A stretch of 64,000 nucleotides of DNA, from positions 17,108-81,107 of the forward strand of contig JBLIRN010000004.1 of the NCBI GenBank assembly GCA_049472315.1, given 5' to 3'. The notes beneath the pieces were generated by a model. It was not told the DNA's origin, did no database searches, and saw only the letters and a program-made list of their open reading frames with translations. Below are positions 1 to 9,649 of the stretch, in pieces; within the stretch, counting starts at the first letter, position 1; every line of letters starts with the position of its first letter. Source of the stretch: a bacterium (GTDB lineage Bacteria; SZUA-182; DTGQ01; JAFGSM01). The translations under genes and the position numbers were made by a program.

Positions 1-390
1 GAGAATGCTCGATATCAATTCCTTTGTGGTTGTCTTTCCTGAACTGCCGGTTACCGCTATCACCCTGCACGAATGTCGTGCGCGCCACTCGGCTGCCATG
101 TGCCGGAGGCTCGCCAGCGTGTCATCGACCTTGATCAGCCTGTTCCTGACGCCATCCGATCCGGTGGCCCTTGAAACCACCGCAGCCACCGCCCCCTGCT
201 CAATCGCCGCATCCACAAAATCATTCCCGTCAAACCGCTCTCCCTTGATGGCCCAAAACAGGTCTCCCGCACATACCGTGCGTGAATCGATGGATATCTC
301 CCGTATGGCAGTCCGGGCGCACTTCGCATCCGGATGTGCCAGCCATTCCCCCCCGATAGTACGAGCTACCTGATCGGGTGTCAGTTTCAT
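1..390 (-). CDS. murF: UDP-N-acetylmuramoyl-tripeptide--D-alanyl-D-alanine ligase, N-terminal part (runs off window start)
   Basis: Manual translation from ATG at 390: MKLTPDQVARTIGG...ISIDSRTVCAGDLFWAIKGERFDG...VIAVTGSSGKTTTKELISSIL. Mur-ligase N-domain plus P-loop, directly after murE. Not in the ORF track because it is open-ended. Confidence 0.93.
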   Translation of the reverse strand, partial: MKLTPDQVARTIGGEWLAHPDAKCARTAIREISIDSRTVCAGDLFWAIKGERFDGNDFVDAAIEQGAVAAVVSRATGSDGVRNRLIKVDDTLASLRHMAAEWRARHSCRVIAVTGSSGKTTTKELISSIL

Positions 391-394
391 TGAA

Positions 395-1942
395 TCAGAT
401 CCCAACCCTCTTTTCCGTGAATTCGGTGAGAATCTCTCGTGTAACCTCACGGTCATCAAAGGGGAGCACCTGTGAGCCGATTGTCTGTGTCGTTTCATGT
501 CCCTTACCCGTAATCACCACCATGTCGCCCGGTTTCGCCATATGTATCGCTCGATGAATCGCCTCCCGTCGATCAATACAGATCTCGTACCCCTCCTTTC
601 CCTTTTCCCGCACAAAGCCCGCCTCGATCTCCCGGATGATGTCCTCCGGCTCCTCCCCCCGGGGATTGTCCGAGGTGAGGATAGACCAATCGCTTCCCCT
701 TGCCGCAGCCTTGCCCATGAGGGGGCGTTTGGTTCGATCCCTGTTGCCGCCGCAGCCAAACACGCAGATCACCCTCCCCCGCGCATGGGCCCTCACCACG
801 GAAAGCAGGTTGGCCAGGGCGTCATCGGTATGGGCATAATCAATGATCACATCGAAATCCTGTCCTGCGCTGATCCGCTCAAACCGCCCGGGAACACCGG
901 TCACCTTATGGATGCCCGCCTGCAAATCGTCGCCTTCGACACCAAATGCCATGGCCACGCACGAGGCGGCAAGGATGTTGTATATGTTCGGCCGTCCCAT
1001 AAGGGACGACCCAATGTGATGGTCACCCCACGGGGTGACCATCCGGAACGATACCCCTTCCATACGATGCTCAATGTCACGGGCGGTGACGTCAGCATTC
1101 CCCTCAATTCCGTAGGTGACGGTCGACGAGGGGTTCGCGGTAACCCTTTTCCTGTGCTCCAGGATTTCCCTGGAGGCGGGATCATCGAGATTAAACACCG
1201 CACAACGGTCCGCTGGACTGCCCGCGGATTCGCGGTCGAGCATCTCGAAAAGCCGTGCCTTGGCCCTCCGATATTCGCCGTGGGTGGTATGAAAGTCCAG
1301 ATGATCCTGGGTGATGTTGGTCAACACGGCTGCATCAAAGGAACATCCGGCCACCCTTTGCAGGACCAGGGAATGGGAGGAAACCTCGACCACCCCCCAC
1401 CCGCATCCCCCCTCCACCATCTGATGTAGAATTCTATGTAAATCGAGGGATTCAGGCGTCGTCCGCTGGGAGGGGAATTCCTCGCCGCCGATTCCGTAAT
1501 TCAGCGTGGTGATCCATCCCACCCGCTCACCTGCGGCCTCCATGATCCGTGCTATCAACGTACAGGTGGTTGTTTTTCCATTCGTACCGGTGACCCCCAC
1601 CAGTTTGAGCCTTCTCGACGGATGCCCGTAGAATTCGTCGGCCATCAATGCCAGGGCACGACGGGTATCGGAGACCAGACACAGGGTAACCCCCTGCTCC
1701 ACCCACTTCCTGACGGCAGGGTCCTCCCAATACCTCCGGTCCTCAATGACAAAGCCTCGGGCGCCTTTTTCTCCTGCATCGTTCAAAAAGATATGGCCAT
1801 CGGTGGCATATCCCTTGATCGCCACAAAGAGATCCCCCGGTTGCACCCTGCGCGAGTCATAGCACAGCCCCCCTACATCGAGGATCATGTCCCCCATGAA
1901 TTCCAGGGGATCAACGGAGCCCATCAAACGATCGATTTCCAT
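395..1942 (-). CDS. murE: UDP-N-acetylmuramoyl-L-alanyl-D-glutamate--2,6-diaminopimelate ligase
   Basis: DSRRVQPGDLFVA, GVTGTNGKTTT, TTPES, EVSSH, DYAHT, FGCGGNRD and DNPR (mDAP-specificity) motifs; dcw context. Confidence 0.97.
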   Translation of the reverse strand: MEIDRLMGSVDPLEFMGDMILDVGGLCYDSRRVQPGDLFVAIKGYATDGHIFLNDAGEKGARGFVIEDRRYWEDPAVRKWVEQGVTLCLVSDTRRALALMADEFYGHPSRRLKLVGVTGTNGKTTTCTLIARIMEAAGERVGWITTLNYGIGGEEFPSQRTTPESLDLHRILHQMVEGGCGWGVVEVSSHSLVLQRVAGCSFDAAVLTNITQDHLDFHTTHGEYRRAKARLFEMLDRESAGSPADRCAVFNLDDPASREILEHRKRVTANPSSTVTYGIEGNADVTARDIEHRMEGVSFRMVTPWGDHHIGSSLMGRPNIYNILAASCVAMAFGVEGDDLQAGIHKVTGVPGRFERISAGQDFDVIIDYAHTDDALANLLSVVRAHARGRVICVFGCGGNRDRTKRPLMGKAAARGSDWSILTSDNPRGEEPEDIIREIEAGFVREKGKEGYEICIDRREAIHRAIHMAKPGDMVVITGKGHETTQTIGSQVLPFDDREVTREILTEFTEKRVGI

Positions 1943-2186
1943 GTTCCTTGTCCCAACGAAACCATTTCGTTATACGATATTTTCAGCGAATTATCTGTTT
2001 TTAAATACCTTCATCCCTCGTTGTGATCGACGGATCACCGTGATTATTGGAATATATAGTCAATACCTCGTTGCGCCCATGAGGTCACTCCCCACAGGGC
2101 GCCTGTCCCATATATTCTATCATACCCACCCTGGTGATATCGCAGCGCTGTGTCCGCTCCCGGGACCCCGTTCAGCCCGAGGTCCG

Positions 2187-3896
2187 TTAAAATTGAGCGG
2201 TCACGATGAGCTGACGATCCTTCCCAGGGCGATCATTATCACCAGGGGGGATATGATAGTATCGAATGATTCGTGCCGCCACCTCGCCAAAGACGGGTGC
2301 CGCCACATCCCCTCCCCAGCACGTACCGCGCGGCTGGGAGATCATGACCAGCATGGCCCATCGTGCCTGCTGGTCCGGAAAAAAACCTACAAAGGAGGCC
2401 ACGAAATCCTGGTGCGAATACTCGCCGGTGGCGGGATCCACCATCTGTGCGGTCCCTGTTTTTCCCCCTATCGAATACCCCGGCACCGCCGCCTTTTGTC
2501 CGGTGCCTCGCTCCACCACCCCTTGAAGTATCTTTTTTAGCTCCTCGCTGGTCCTGGCGCTTATGACCCTTTTCTGCGCGGTCGGGGTCCTGTTGAAGAG
2601 AACACTGCCGTCACTTGCGCGTATTTCCTTCAGTAAAAAGGGTTCCATCAGGTTCCCGCCGTTCACCAGTGAGGCAAAGGCGGTAATCATCTGGATGGGG
2701 GTCACCGAAACCTCCTGCCCTATGGCAATGGAGGCCATGGACAACCCCGACCAGTTCGAGGGGGGGCGCAGGATTCCCGTGGCTTCCCCCGGAAAATCAA
2801 TACCCGTTTTTTCGCCGAATCCAAATTTCCTTAAGTACCGGTAGTACCGGCTTTCTCCCAATTCCCGGGCATACTTGATGGCGCCGATATTGCTCGACCG
2901 TTCGATAACCTGTCTGAAGCTCAGCCATCCGAATTTCATGTGATCCCTGATCTTCTTGCCGGCAATGGCAATTGCCCCGTTTTCGCAAAACACGATGGAA
3001 TGATCCCGGACCAATCCTTCCTCCAGCAATGCCGCCGCCCAGAAGAGCTTGAAAATGGAGCCGGGCTCATACACATCGGTCACGCAGCGGTTGCGCCAAT
3101 AATCATTGGGATAATCGACGAAATGATTCGGATTATACCCGGGCCAGTTGGCCATGGCGATGATCCCGCCGGTATGTGTGTCCATGACGATCACAAGTCC
3201 ATGCTGGGCATTCGCCTCCGTACAGGCCCTTCTCAGGGCGTCATCGGCAAAGAACTGTACCGCCATATCGATCGTCAGATAAAGATTGTGTTCCTTCCGG
3301 CTGAAGGAGGAAGAATCACCGGCACATTCGGGGATGCAGGGTTGCTTCGTCCTGTTCAGGAAATCATCGTAATGAAACTCCAGCCCCTCCAGCCCCTTTC
3401 CGTCGATACCTACAAAGCCGACAACCTGGGCGGCCAGTTCGGCATTCGGATAATACCGCTCCGTTTCCATGATGTATTCAATTTCGGGAAGACTCAGGCC
3501 GTCAAGACACTGCTTCTGATCCGGGTTGAGCCTTCGGTGGACCCAGACGAATCCCTTATCGCTTCGATATGCCTCCCGTACGCGCTTTTTGTCCGCCCAC
3601 GGCAAACGTGCAAGCGCCTTCAGGGCAGCATCCGGGCTGTCCGATTTCTTGGTAATGAGGTATGCGGAGGGGGCCTGGACGCTCAATGCCATTTCCCTTC
3701 CGCATCGGTCGTATATCCCTCCCCGCTGCGGATCGGTATCCACGGGAATCCGTTCCCTTACCAGGTCCATGGCGTTCAATTCCACATGATCGATCACCTG
3801 CAACTGGACAAGACGTCCGATCAGCACGATGCTTCCCAGGCAGAAAAGGGAGAAAAGAACGTATATCCTCCGTTTGCTCATGGAATGTCTATTCAT
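2187..3896 (-). CDS. ftsI: Cell-division transpeptidase (class B PBP, FtsI-like), no PASTA domain evident
   Basis: N-terminal TM, RGGIYDR, SxxK (EPGSIFK), SxN (SSN), KTG motifs; between ftsL and murE. Confidence 0.93.
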   Translation of the reverse strand: MNRHSMSKRRIYVLFSLFCLGSIVLIGRLVQLQVIDHVELNAMDLVRERIPVDTDPQRGGIYDRCGREMALSVQAPSAYLITKKSDSPDAALKALARLPWADKKRVREAYRSDKGFVWVHRRLNPDQKQCLDGLSLPEIEYIMETERYYPNAELAAQVVGFVGIDGKGLEGLEFHYDDFLNRTKQPCIPECAGDSSSFSRKEHNLYLTIDMAVQFFADDALRRACTEANAQHGLVIVMDTHTGGIIAMANWPGYNPNHFVDYPNDYWRNRCVTDVYEPGSIFKLFWAAALLEEGLVRDHSIVFCENGAIAIAGKKIRDHMKFGWLSFRQVIERSSNIGAIKYARELGESRYYRYLRKFGFGEKTGIDFPGEATGILRPPSNWSGLSMASIAIGQEVSVTPIQMITAFASLVNGGNLMEPFLLKEIRASDGSVLFNRTPTAQKRVISARTSEELKKILQGVVERGTGQKAAVPGYSIGGKTGTAQMVDPATGEYSHQDFVASFVGFFPDQQARWAMLVMISQPRGTCWGGDVAAPVFGEVAARIIRYYHIPPGDNDRPGKDRQLIVTAQF

Positions 3897-4224
3897 CCTT
3901 CTCCAACGATTCGGTCGAAAGGATCACCAATTGATCGGGACCGGGATTCACAAATCCCAACTGCTCCCGGGCATTTCGTTCAATATGGGGCAATGACCTC
4001 AAGTATCCCCGCTCCAAGTGCAGGTGGCGGTTTATTTGCACCAACTGATCCCTGGAGTTCACCAACTCGATCACCTCATCCTCGATCCGCACCTTAAGGA
4101 TACATTGCCGTATATAGAACAGGACCATTGCAAAAAAAATGGCCAAAACCAGGGCATACCCAAAGGCCTTTATCACCTCGGCGGTATCAAGATCCCGATG
4201 GACTTTATAGTTGTTCAGCGACAT
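3889..4224 (-). CDS. ftsL: Cell-division protein FtsL (bitopic, coiled coil)
   Basis: One TM, coiled coil, IERNAREQLGFVNP motif; sits between rsmH and ftsI with overlapping stops/starts. Confidence 0.8.
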   Translation of the reverse strand: MSLNNYKVHRDLDTAEVIKAFGYALVLAIFFAMVLFYIRQCILKVRIEDEVIELVNSRDQLVQINRHLHLERGYLRSLPHIERNAREQLGFVNPGPDQLVILSTESLEKDE

Positions 4225-5126
4225 TCGGCAACCCTCATACGGGCGCTTCTGGATCGCGGATTCATGCGTACCTCCTCAGGGGAGGGCCTCAACGGTTTTT
4301 TTGTGATCATGTCGACCCTCCTGTGAACATCACCCTCCCTGCCCTTTCCAGCCGCTTCACGGAAAAATCGCTTTACCAGACCATCCTCCAGGGAGTGAAA
4401 GGAAATGATACATACCCGTGCCCCCTGCTTCAGGCAATCCCATACCACCCTCAAAAACCGGGCAAGGTTTTCCAACTCTTGATTTACCTCTATCCTCAAG
4501 GCCTGAAATGTACGTGTTGCCGGATGAATCCTCCATCTTCCCGATGATCGGGGGATGGCGGCGCAGATCGTGCGGACGAGGTGGGTCGTCGTTTCGATGG
4601 GGCCCCTTCTCCTCTCCTCCACAATCCTTCGAGCAATTCGTCGTGCCCAGCGTTCCTCGCCGTAGTTCCATATGATTTCCGCCAGTTCGGATTCCTGATA
4701 CCGGTTGACAATGTCCGATGCCCGTATGCCTCCGGAGGGATCGAAATTCATCCCCAGGGGCTCATCGCTCAGAAAGCTGAAACCCCTCTCCTTGTTCCCC
4801 AATTGGTACGAGGAAACCCCCAGGTCAAGGAGCACGCCGTCGAGTGCGGTTATTTTATGGGATTCCATGATGGAGGGAAGATCCTTGAAGTTTCCGTGCA
4901 CCAGCGTAACCCGATCCCGGAATTTGGCAAGCCTCTCCCCTGCTATTGCAAGGGCCTTGGAGTCCATATCGATGCCGAGAAGCTTCCCATCCGGTGAGGT
5001 GCTGTCCAGAATCCTTTCCGCATGCCCCCCCAGCCCAACGGTACCATCGCAGTAAGTTCTTCCAGGAAGACAATTCAGGCAGCACAGTACCTGATCGACC
5101 ATCACAGGTGTATGAATCCCCTCCAT
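4215..5126 (-). CDS. rsmH: 16S rRNA m4C1402 methyltransferase
   Basis: HTPVM, DGTVGLGGH, DLGVSSYQL, HPATRTFQALRIEVN, SFHSLED, NPRSRSA. Confidence 0.97.
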   Translation of the reverse strand: MEGIHTPVMVDQVLCCLNCLPGRTYCDGTVGLGGHAERILDSTSPDGKLLGIDMDSKALAIAGERLAKFRDRVTLVHGNFKDLPSIMESHKITALDGVLLDLGVSSYQLGNKERGFSFLSDEPLGMNFDPSGGIRASDIVNRYQESELAEIIWNYGEERWARRIARRIVEERRRGPIETTTHLVRTICAAIPRSSGRWRIHPATRTFQALRIEVNQELENLARFLRVVWDCLKQGARVCIISFHSLEDGLVKRFFREAAGKGREGDVHRRVDMITKKPLRPSPEEVRMNPRSRSARMRVAECR

Positions 5127-5214
5127 CCCCTCCCCCTGCCGACTTGGAGACCCTGTAACGAGACACTATTGCATCTATGTAGAAAGGAATTCCGGAGTCA
5201 CGAATCGAATGGTA

Positions 5215-5664
5215 TTACACCCCCAGTTTCGCCACCTTTTCCATGAGAGCGTCCATATTCCCCTCAGTCTCCCTCTTATTCTCGGTCCATTTCTCAAGCG
5301 GCCAGATTTCAAAATGATCCATCACCCCAACTATGGCCACCTTGGAATTGATGCCGCACTTTTCCCTCATATACGGAGGGACCAGTATCCTGCCCGAACG
5401 GTCCATGACACAGTCGAATGCGTCCGAATATCGATTGCGTATAAACTTGATTACATCGCTGTTAAAGGAGGGGAGATTTCGCAAATCTTCCTCCTTTTTA
5501 TTCCATTCCTGCATGGGGTACGCCTCGATGCAGTCCTTGGAAAGGGTGAGCGACAATTCCCCGCCACCGTAGTCCTTGTTCAGGGTATCCCTGATCCGGG
5601 TGGGTATGCTCAAACGTCCCTTTTGATCCATCGTATGCTCGTATGTCCCTTTAAAACTTGGCAT
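5215..5664 (-). CDS. mraZ: Division/cell-wall cluster transcriptional repressor MraZ
   Basis: Two DxxGR motifs (DQKGRLSIP, DRSGRILVP), GVMDHFEIW; first gene of dcw cluster. Confidence 0.96.
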   Translation of the reverse strand: MPSFKGTYEHTMDQKGRLSIPTRIRDTLNKDYGGGELSLTLSKDCIEAYPMQEWNKKEEDLRNLPSFNSDVIKFIRNRYSDAFDCVMDRSGRILVPPYMREKCGINSKVAIVGVMDHFEIWPLEKWTENKRETEGNMDALMEKVAKLGV

Positions 5665-5712
5665 TATCCGGATTCTTCATTCCCCGCGTTGTGGTTTTGT
5701 ATCCCTTTTTAT

Positions 5713-5759
5713 CCCACATTAAGGTATAGCTATCCCACTTCTTGGAAAAGATAGCCCAC
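5713..5759 (-). promoter_or_regulatory. Three GTGGG boxes, putative MraZ operator
   Basis: CCCAC at 5713-5717, 5734-5738 and 5755-5759 on + strand (GTGGG on -), 21-bp period, overlapping the dcw promoter. MraZ proteins bind GTGG/TGGG direct repeats. Confidence 0.65.
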
Positions 5760-5776
5760 TTCGATATTTTTGTCAA
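5748..5776 (-). promoter_or_regulatory. sigma70-type promoter for mraZ/dcw
   Basis: TTGACA (5776-5771) - N17 - TATCTT (5753-5748). Confidence 0.7.
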
Positions 5777-6044
5777 GGGTTGAGGTGATATTGGTTGAAA
5801 GGCAGGATTTTGCATGAAATAAAAAATAATTTATATCGATTTTATTGATTTATCTAAAACAAATTATCATCGGCTCTATAATGAATAGTGCACGATAATC
5901 TAAAAAATGAACACCTATCTCTCATATGCCACTGCATTCCACGATTCATAACTTCTTACTACCCTGGAGGAAAGGAGTGGATGGTAACCCAATGAACCCG
6001 GTGGGGGAAAGTGGGAGCGGACCTTCCGCATCCCAGGAGGGCAT

Positions 6045-6074
6045 TTGACAAGGGTGGATGCCATCCCCTAATAT
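6045..6074 (+). promoter_or_regulatory. sigma70-type promoter for rsmI
   Basis: TTGACA (6045-6050) - N18 - TAATAT (6069-6074). Confidence 0.5.
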
Positions 6075-6081
6075 CACACCT

Positions 6082-6786
6082 ATGGACGAGTCATCGAAAA
6101 AAAGGGGGACCCTCTTTGTGATCGGCACCCCTATCGGCAACCTGAATGACATCACCCTCCGGGCGGTCGAGGTCCTGAAGGGGGTGGACAGGGTGGCCGC
6201 GGAGGATACCCGCCATACCAGAAGGCTCCTGAGCCGGCTCCATATCTCGAAGCCCATGGTCAGCTACCATGAATTCAACGAGCAAAAAAGGGGGGCATCC
6301 ATCATCCGCTCCCTTCTTGAGGGTGCGTCCATTGCACTTGTTTCGGACGCAGGCACCCCCGGGATATCCGACCCCGGATACCGTTTGGTGCGAGAGGCCA
6401 TTCAGCATGATATAGCGGTGGTCCCCATACCCGGTCCCTCCGCCATCCTGGCTGCACTCTCTGCCTCGGGTCTTCCCACCGACTCCTTTGTGTTCGAGGG
6501 ATTCCTGGAGGCGCGGGAGACCAGGCGGCGGAAACAGCTTGAGCGGCTCAAGGATGAGGAGAGAACCATCATCCTGTTTGAATCCCCCCACCGGGTGCTC
6601 AAGGGTCTCGATGCGGTGCTGGAAATCCTGGGCAACCGCCCCATCTGCCTGGCACGCGAACTGACCAAGATACACGAGGAATTGCTCAGGGGCGATGTGG
6701 CAGCGGTCCTGGAAAATCTCAAAAAGCGGGGGAGGATCAAGGGGGAAATCACCCTGATCATTCAGGGAAAGGGGCGAAAGGGTTGA
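6082..6786 (+). CDS. rsmI: 16S rRNA Cm1402 2'-O-methyltransferase
   Basis: GTPIGNLNDIT, AAEDTRHT, SDAGTPGISDPG, ESPHR, RELTKIHEE. ORF track starts at 6058; 6082 chosen because the promoter overlaps 6058. Confidence 0.95.
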   Translation: MDESSKKRGTLFVIGTPIGNLNDITLRAVEVLKGVDRVAAEDTRHTRRLLSRLHISKPMVSYHEFNEQKRGASIIRSLLEGASIALVSDAGTPGISDPGYRLVREAIQHDIAVVPIPGPSAILAALSASGLPTDSFVFEGFLEARETRRRKQLERLKDEERTIILFESPHRVLKGLDAVLEILGNRPICLARELTKIHEELLRGDVAAVLENLKKRGRIKGEITLIIQGKGRKG

Positions 6787-6948
6787 ATCCCGGTTGCGAC
6801 CAAATTCCTGGCGAAGGCTATACCGTGAAGAGGCTTGGAATATTTAATTGCCCAGCATGGTACGGGGAGGGGGATGCAGATGCATCCCCCTCCCCGCTTA
6901 TGCCACGACGCCCAGTATTGCCGCATGGGAAAATGACATGGTGAGATC

Positions 6949-7485
6949 ATGGTGAGGATAATCGTGAGCGGATCACAGCCGCGAACGGGGAAGACCTCGC
7001 TCATCCTGTGGATGCTTGAGGGATTAAAAGGATTTGCCGTAATCCAGGTGAAGGCAGCCAGCCTGTTCAGCTCGGTCATTGTGGAGCCGAATGGGGATGA
7101 GGCGGATCGGTTCAGACAGGCCGGCGCAGGGCAGGTGCTTTCCGTAGAAGCGGATACAAGGGATTATGCCGATGCCATCGAACAGGCATTCAGTCTTGTG
7201 CCCCTCCATATCCACGGGGTGATCATCGAGGCATACCCCCATCCGGAAGGGGTGCATGGAGATGTCCTGATCTTTATGACCGACCGACCGCACACGGCTG
7301 GAATCCCTGCTGAAGTGAATCATACCGTTATCGTCGATATATCGGAAGCCGCACCTGTTGAGAAAAGGGGAAATACGGTTCAATATCCGATTTTCAGCCT
7401 GCACCTGATGAACAATGGCCAGGAGGAATGTATCCGATTCATGACATACCTGAAGGGAGTGATCAAGCGGCTAAAGATTCAGTGA
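6949..7485 (+). CDS. P-loop protein, MobB-like (molybdopterin-guanine dinucleotide biosynthesis B-like)
   Basis: N-terminal SGSQPRTGKTS P-loop, DRFRQAGA segment and GVIIE resemble the MobB fold; divergent. Confidence 0.45.
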   Translation: MVRIIVSGSQPRTGKTSLILWMLEGLKGFAVIQVKAASLFSSVIVEPNGDEADRFRQAGAGQVLSVEADTRDYADAIEQAFSLVPLHIHGVIIEAYPHPEGVHGDVLIFMTDRPHTAGIPAEVNHTVIVDISEAAPVEKRGNTVQYPIFSLHLMNNGQEECIRFMTYLKGVIKRLKIQ

Positions 7486-8448
7486 GCGTGCTGCAAGTCC
7501 ACATGCCCCGATCATGCCGGCATCGTCGCCCAGGTGCGCCCGAACGATCCTGACCCTTTCGGCAAGCCCGGCCAAGGACCTTTGTTTGGTCTCCTCCACC
7601 ATGGAGGGATAGAAGAAATCCCAGGCATTGCTCGCCCCGCCCCCAATGATGAACAATTCAGGATTCAGTATGTTGATGAGACTTCCAATGGCAATACCGA
7701 GATACACCCCGGTTTCCCGCAGGATATCCCGGGCCGTGTCATTTCCTCCGAGGGCCGCCCGATGCACGAGGGCAGCGGTCAATTCCCCGGGCTCGTTGAT
7801 CCCTACGGCTTTAAAAAGTCTCTGAGCGGTCCGATCATCGAGACGTTCAATGGTCCTTCGCACGATCCCGGTGGCCGAGACATACGCCTCCAGACACCCC
7901 CTGTTTCCACACGGGCACTGCAATCCGTCGGGCACAATGGTCATGTGCCCGATTTCCCCGGCCATACCCTCAGAACCATGCCAAAGCCGCCCATCCAGGA
8001 TGATTCCCCCTCCCACGCCTGTGCCCAGGGTAAGGCCGATCATGATCGAGCAATCCTGTCCGGCCCCGGCCCAATGCTCGCCAAAAACGGCTGCATTGGC
8101 GTCGTTATCGAGGATGGTCGGGATATCAAACCTGCGGGAGATGATATCCCTTAGGGGGACATCATGCCATCCGGGGAAATTGGGGGAAGTTACAATAGTC
8201 CCTCGTTCGATATCGATGATCCCCGCGGCACCGATTCCAATCCCTTGAATGGATCCATGCGGCGATTGCCCCTTCAGTTCCTGAATGACGGCGACAATAC
8301 GTTCGACAATCCGATCCCGTCCCTCGTTGACCAGGGTCGGAACCAGTTTTCGGGATAAAACCTCACCATTGATGTTCACTATACCGGCGTGTATATTGGT
8401 GCCGCCCAAGTCTATGCCTATAAGATATGCCAGTTGTGGATCAGTCAT
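7471..8448 (-). CDS. ROK family sugar kinase (glucokinase-like)
   Basis: GIDLGGT, DNDANAA, TLGTGVGGG, GEIGHM, CPCGNRGCLE. Confidence 0.92.
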   Translation of the reverse strand: MTDPQLAYLIGIDLGGTNIHAGIVNINGEVLSRKLVPTLVNEGRDRIVERIVAVIQELKGQSPHGSIQGIGIGAAGIIDIERGTIVTSPNFPGWHDVPLRDIISRRFDIPTILDNDANAAVFGEHWAGAGQDCSIMIGLTLGTGVGGGIILDGRLWHGSEGMAGEIGHMTIVPDGLQCPCGNRGCLEAYVSATGIVRRTIERLDDRTAQRLFKAVGINEPGELTAALVHRAALGGNDTARDILRETGVYLGIAIGSLINILNPELFIIGGGASNAWDFFYPSMVEETKQRSLAGLAERVRIVRAHLGDDAGMIGACGLAARSLNL

Positions 8449-8479
8449 GGTAACCCGTATATGGCTTTCTGGTCTGTCC

Positions 8480-9631
8480 CTACTTCCGCTTCAGTTCAAT
8501 CCATTTCTCATCCAGCCCTGCCATTCCCTCCCAGGCACGGTCCAGATACAACATATCAAGGGTGGCGATTGCAGCCATTGCCTCGATCACCGCATAGATC
8601 CTTCCGACCAGCGTGGGGTCCCTTCTGGTGATGGGGCTCAACCGCTCCTCCTTCATGGTCATCATGTTGATGGAAGGCTGCTCCACCGAGACGGTAGGAG
8701 TGGGCTTTATGGCCATTCTGCAGATAATATCCTCCCCGTTGGTCATCCCGCCCAGGACGCCGCCGGCATGATTCGTCCGGAACCTCACCTTTCCCTTATC
8801 AAGGTAGGGATGATCATTGAATTCGCTCCCCTTCATGGTGCCGCACCTGAATCCGGAACCGAACTCGATTCCCTTCACCGCCCCGATGCTCATGACGGCA
8901 TGGGATAACACAGCGCCGAACTTGTCAAACACAGGCTCTCCCAAGCCGGCAGGGATATTATGGATCACCATCTCGATGATGCCGCCCATGGTATCCCCCT
9001 CATCCTTCACCTTCAGGACCCGTGTGGTCATCTCTTCAGCGGCATCGAGATCAGGGCAGTTGATCTCGTTCTTCCGATAGTTTTTCTTGGCCTCGTCAAA
9101 ACTCATCTCTTTGGCCCTGACCCCGGCACATTCAACGGTATATGCAAGGACCTCTATCCCATGCTGTGCCAGGATGATCTTGGCCAGTGCCCCGCCGGCC
9201 ACCCTGCCCACCGTCTCCCTGCCGGATGCCCGGCCCGCGCCGCACCAGTCGGCCGACTCGCCATACTTCAGGAAATAGGTATATTCCGCATGGCCCGGTC
9301 TGATGAGGTCCTTGTAATCCCTGTACTGGTCGATATGGACCATTTGGGTATCCACGTTATACACGATCATCCCCACCGGGGCCCCTGTGGTCACCCCGTC
9401 CTGGCCCATGCCCGCAAAGATATGGACCTGGTCGGTCTCCTTCCGCGGGGAGTCCAGTTTGCCCTGCCCCGGCCGTCTCTTGTCCATCTCCTTCTGGATC
9501 ATCTCGTCCGTCAGCCTGATTCCAGGCGGCACGCCGTCGACGATCACCGCCAGGCCCGAGCCCTTCCCGATACCATACGATTCCCCGCAGGTGGTGACCC
9601 TGAATATCCTTCCGAAGCTATTTCCCATCAT
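8480..9631 (-). CDS. aroC: Chorismate synthase (variant N-terminal signature GESYG)
   Basis: MGNSFG, RRPGQ, SPRKETD, RPGHAE, GRASGRET, GAVKGIEFGSG, NHAGGVLGGMTNG, KPTPT; operonic with aroA and aroDE. Confidence 0.93.
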   Translation of the reverse strand: MMGNSFGRIFRVTTCGESYGIGKGSGLAVIVDGVPPGIRLTDEMIQKEMDKRRPGQGKLDSPRKETDQVHIFAGMGQDGVTTGAPVGMIVYNVDTQMVHIDQYRDYKDLIRPGHAEYTYFLKYGESADWCGAGRASGRETVGRVAGGALAKIILAQHGIEVLAYTVECAGVRAKEMSFDEAKKNYRKNEINCPDLDAAEEMTTRVLKVKDEGDTMGGIIEMVIHNIPAGLGEPVFDKFGAVLSHAVMSIGAVKGIEFGSGFRCGTMKGSEFNDHPYLDKGKVRFRTNHAGGVLGGMTNGEDIICRMAIKPTPTVSVEQPSINMMTMKEERLSPITRRDPTLVGRIYAVIEAMAAIATLDMLYLDRAWEGMAGLDEKWIELKRK

Positions 9632-9649
9632 TGTGAACGACCTCCTTGA

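Noticed and set aside
1943-2186. 244-bp gap between ftsI and murE as a possible ncRNA
   Set aside because: Only weak promoter-like hexamers (TTGACT, TATAAC) and no convincing structure.
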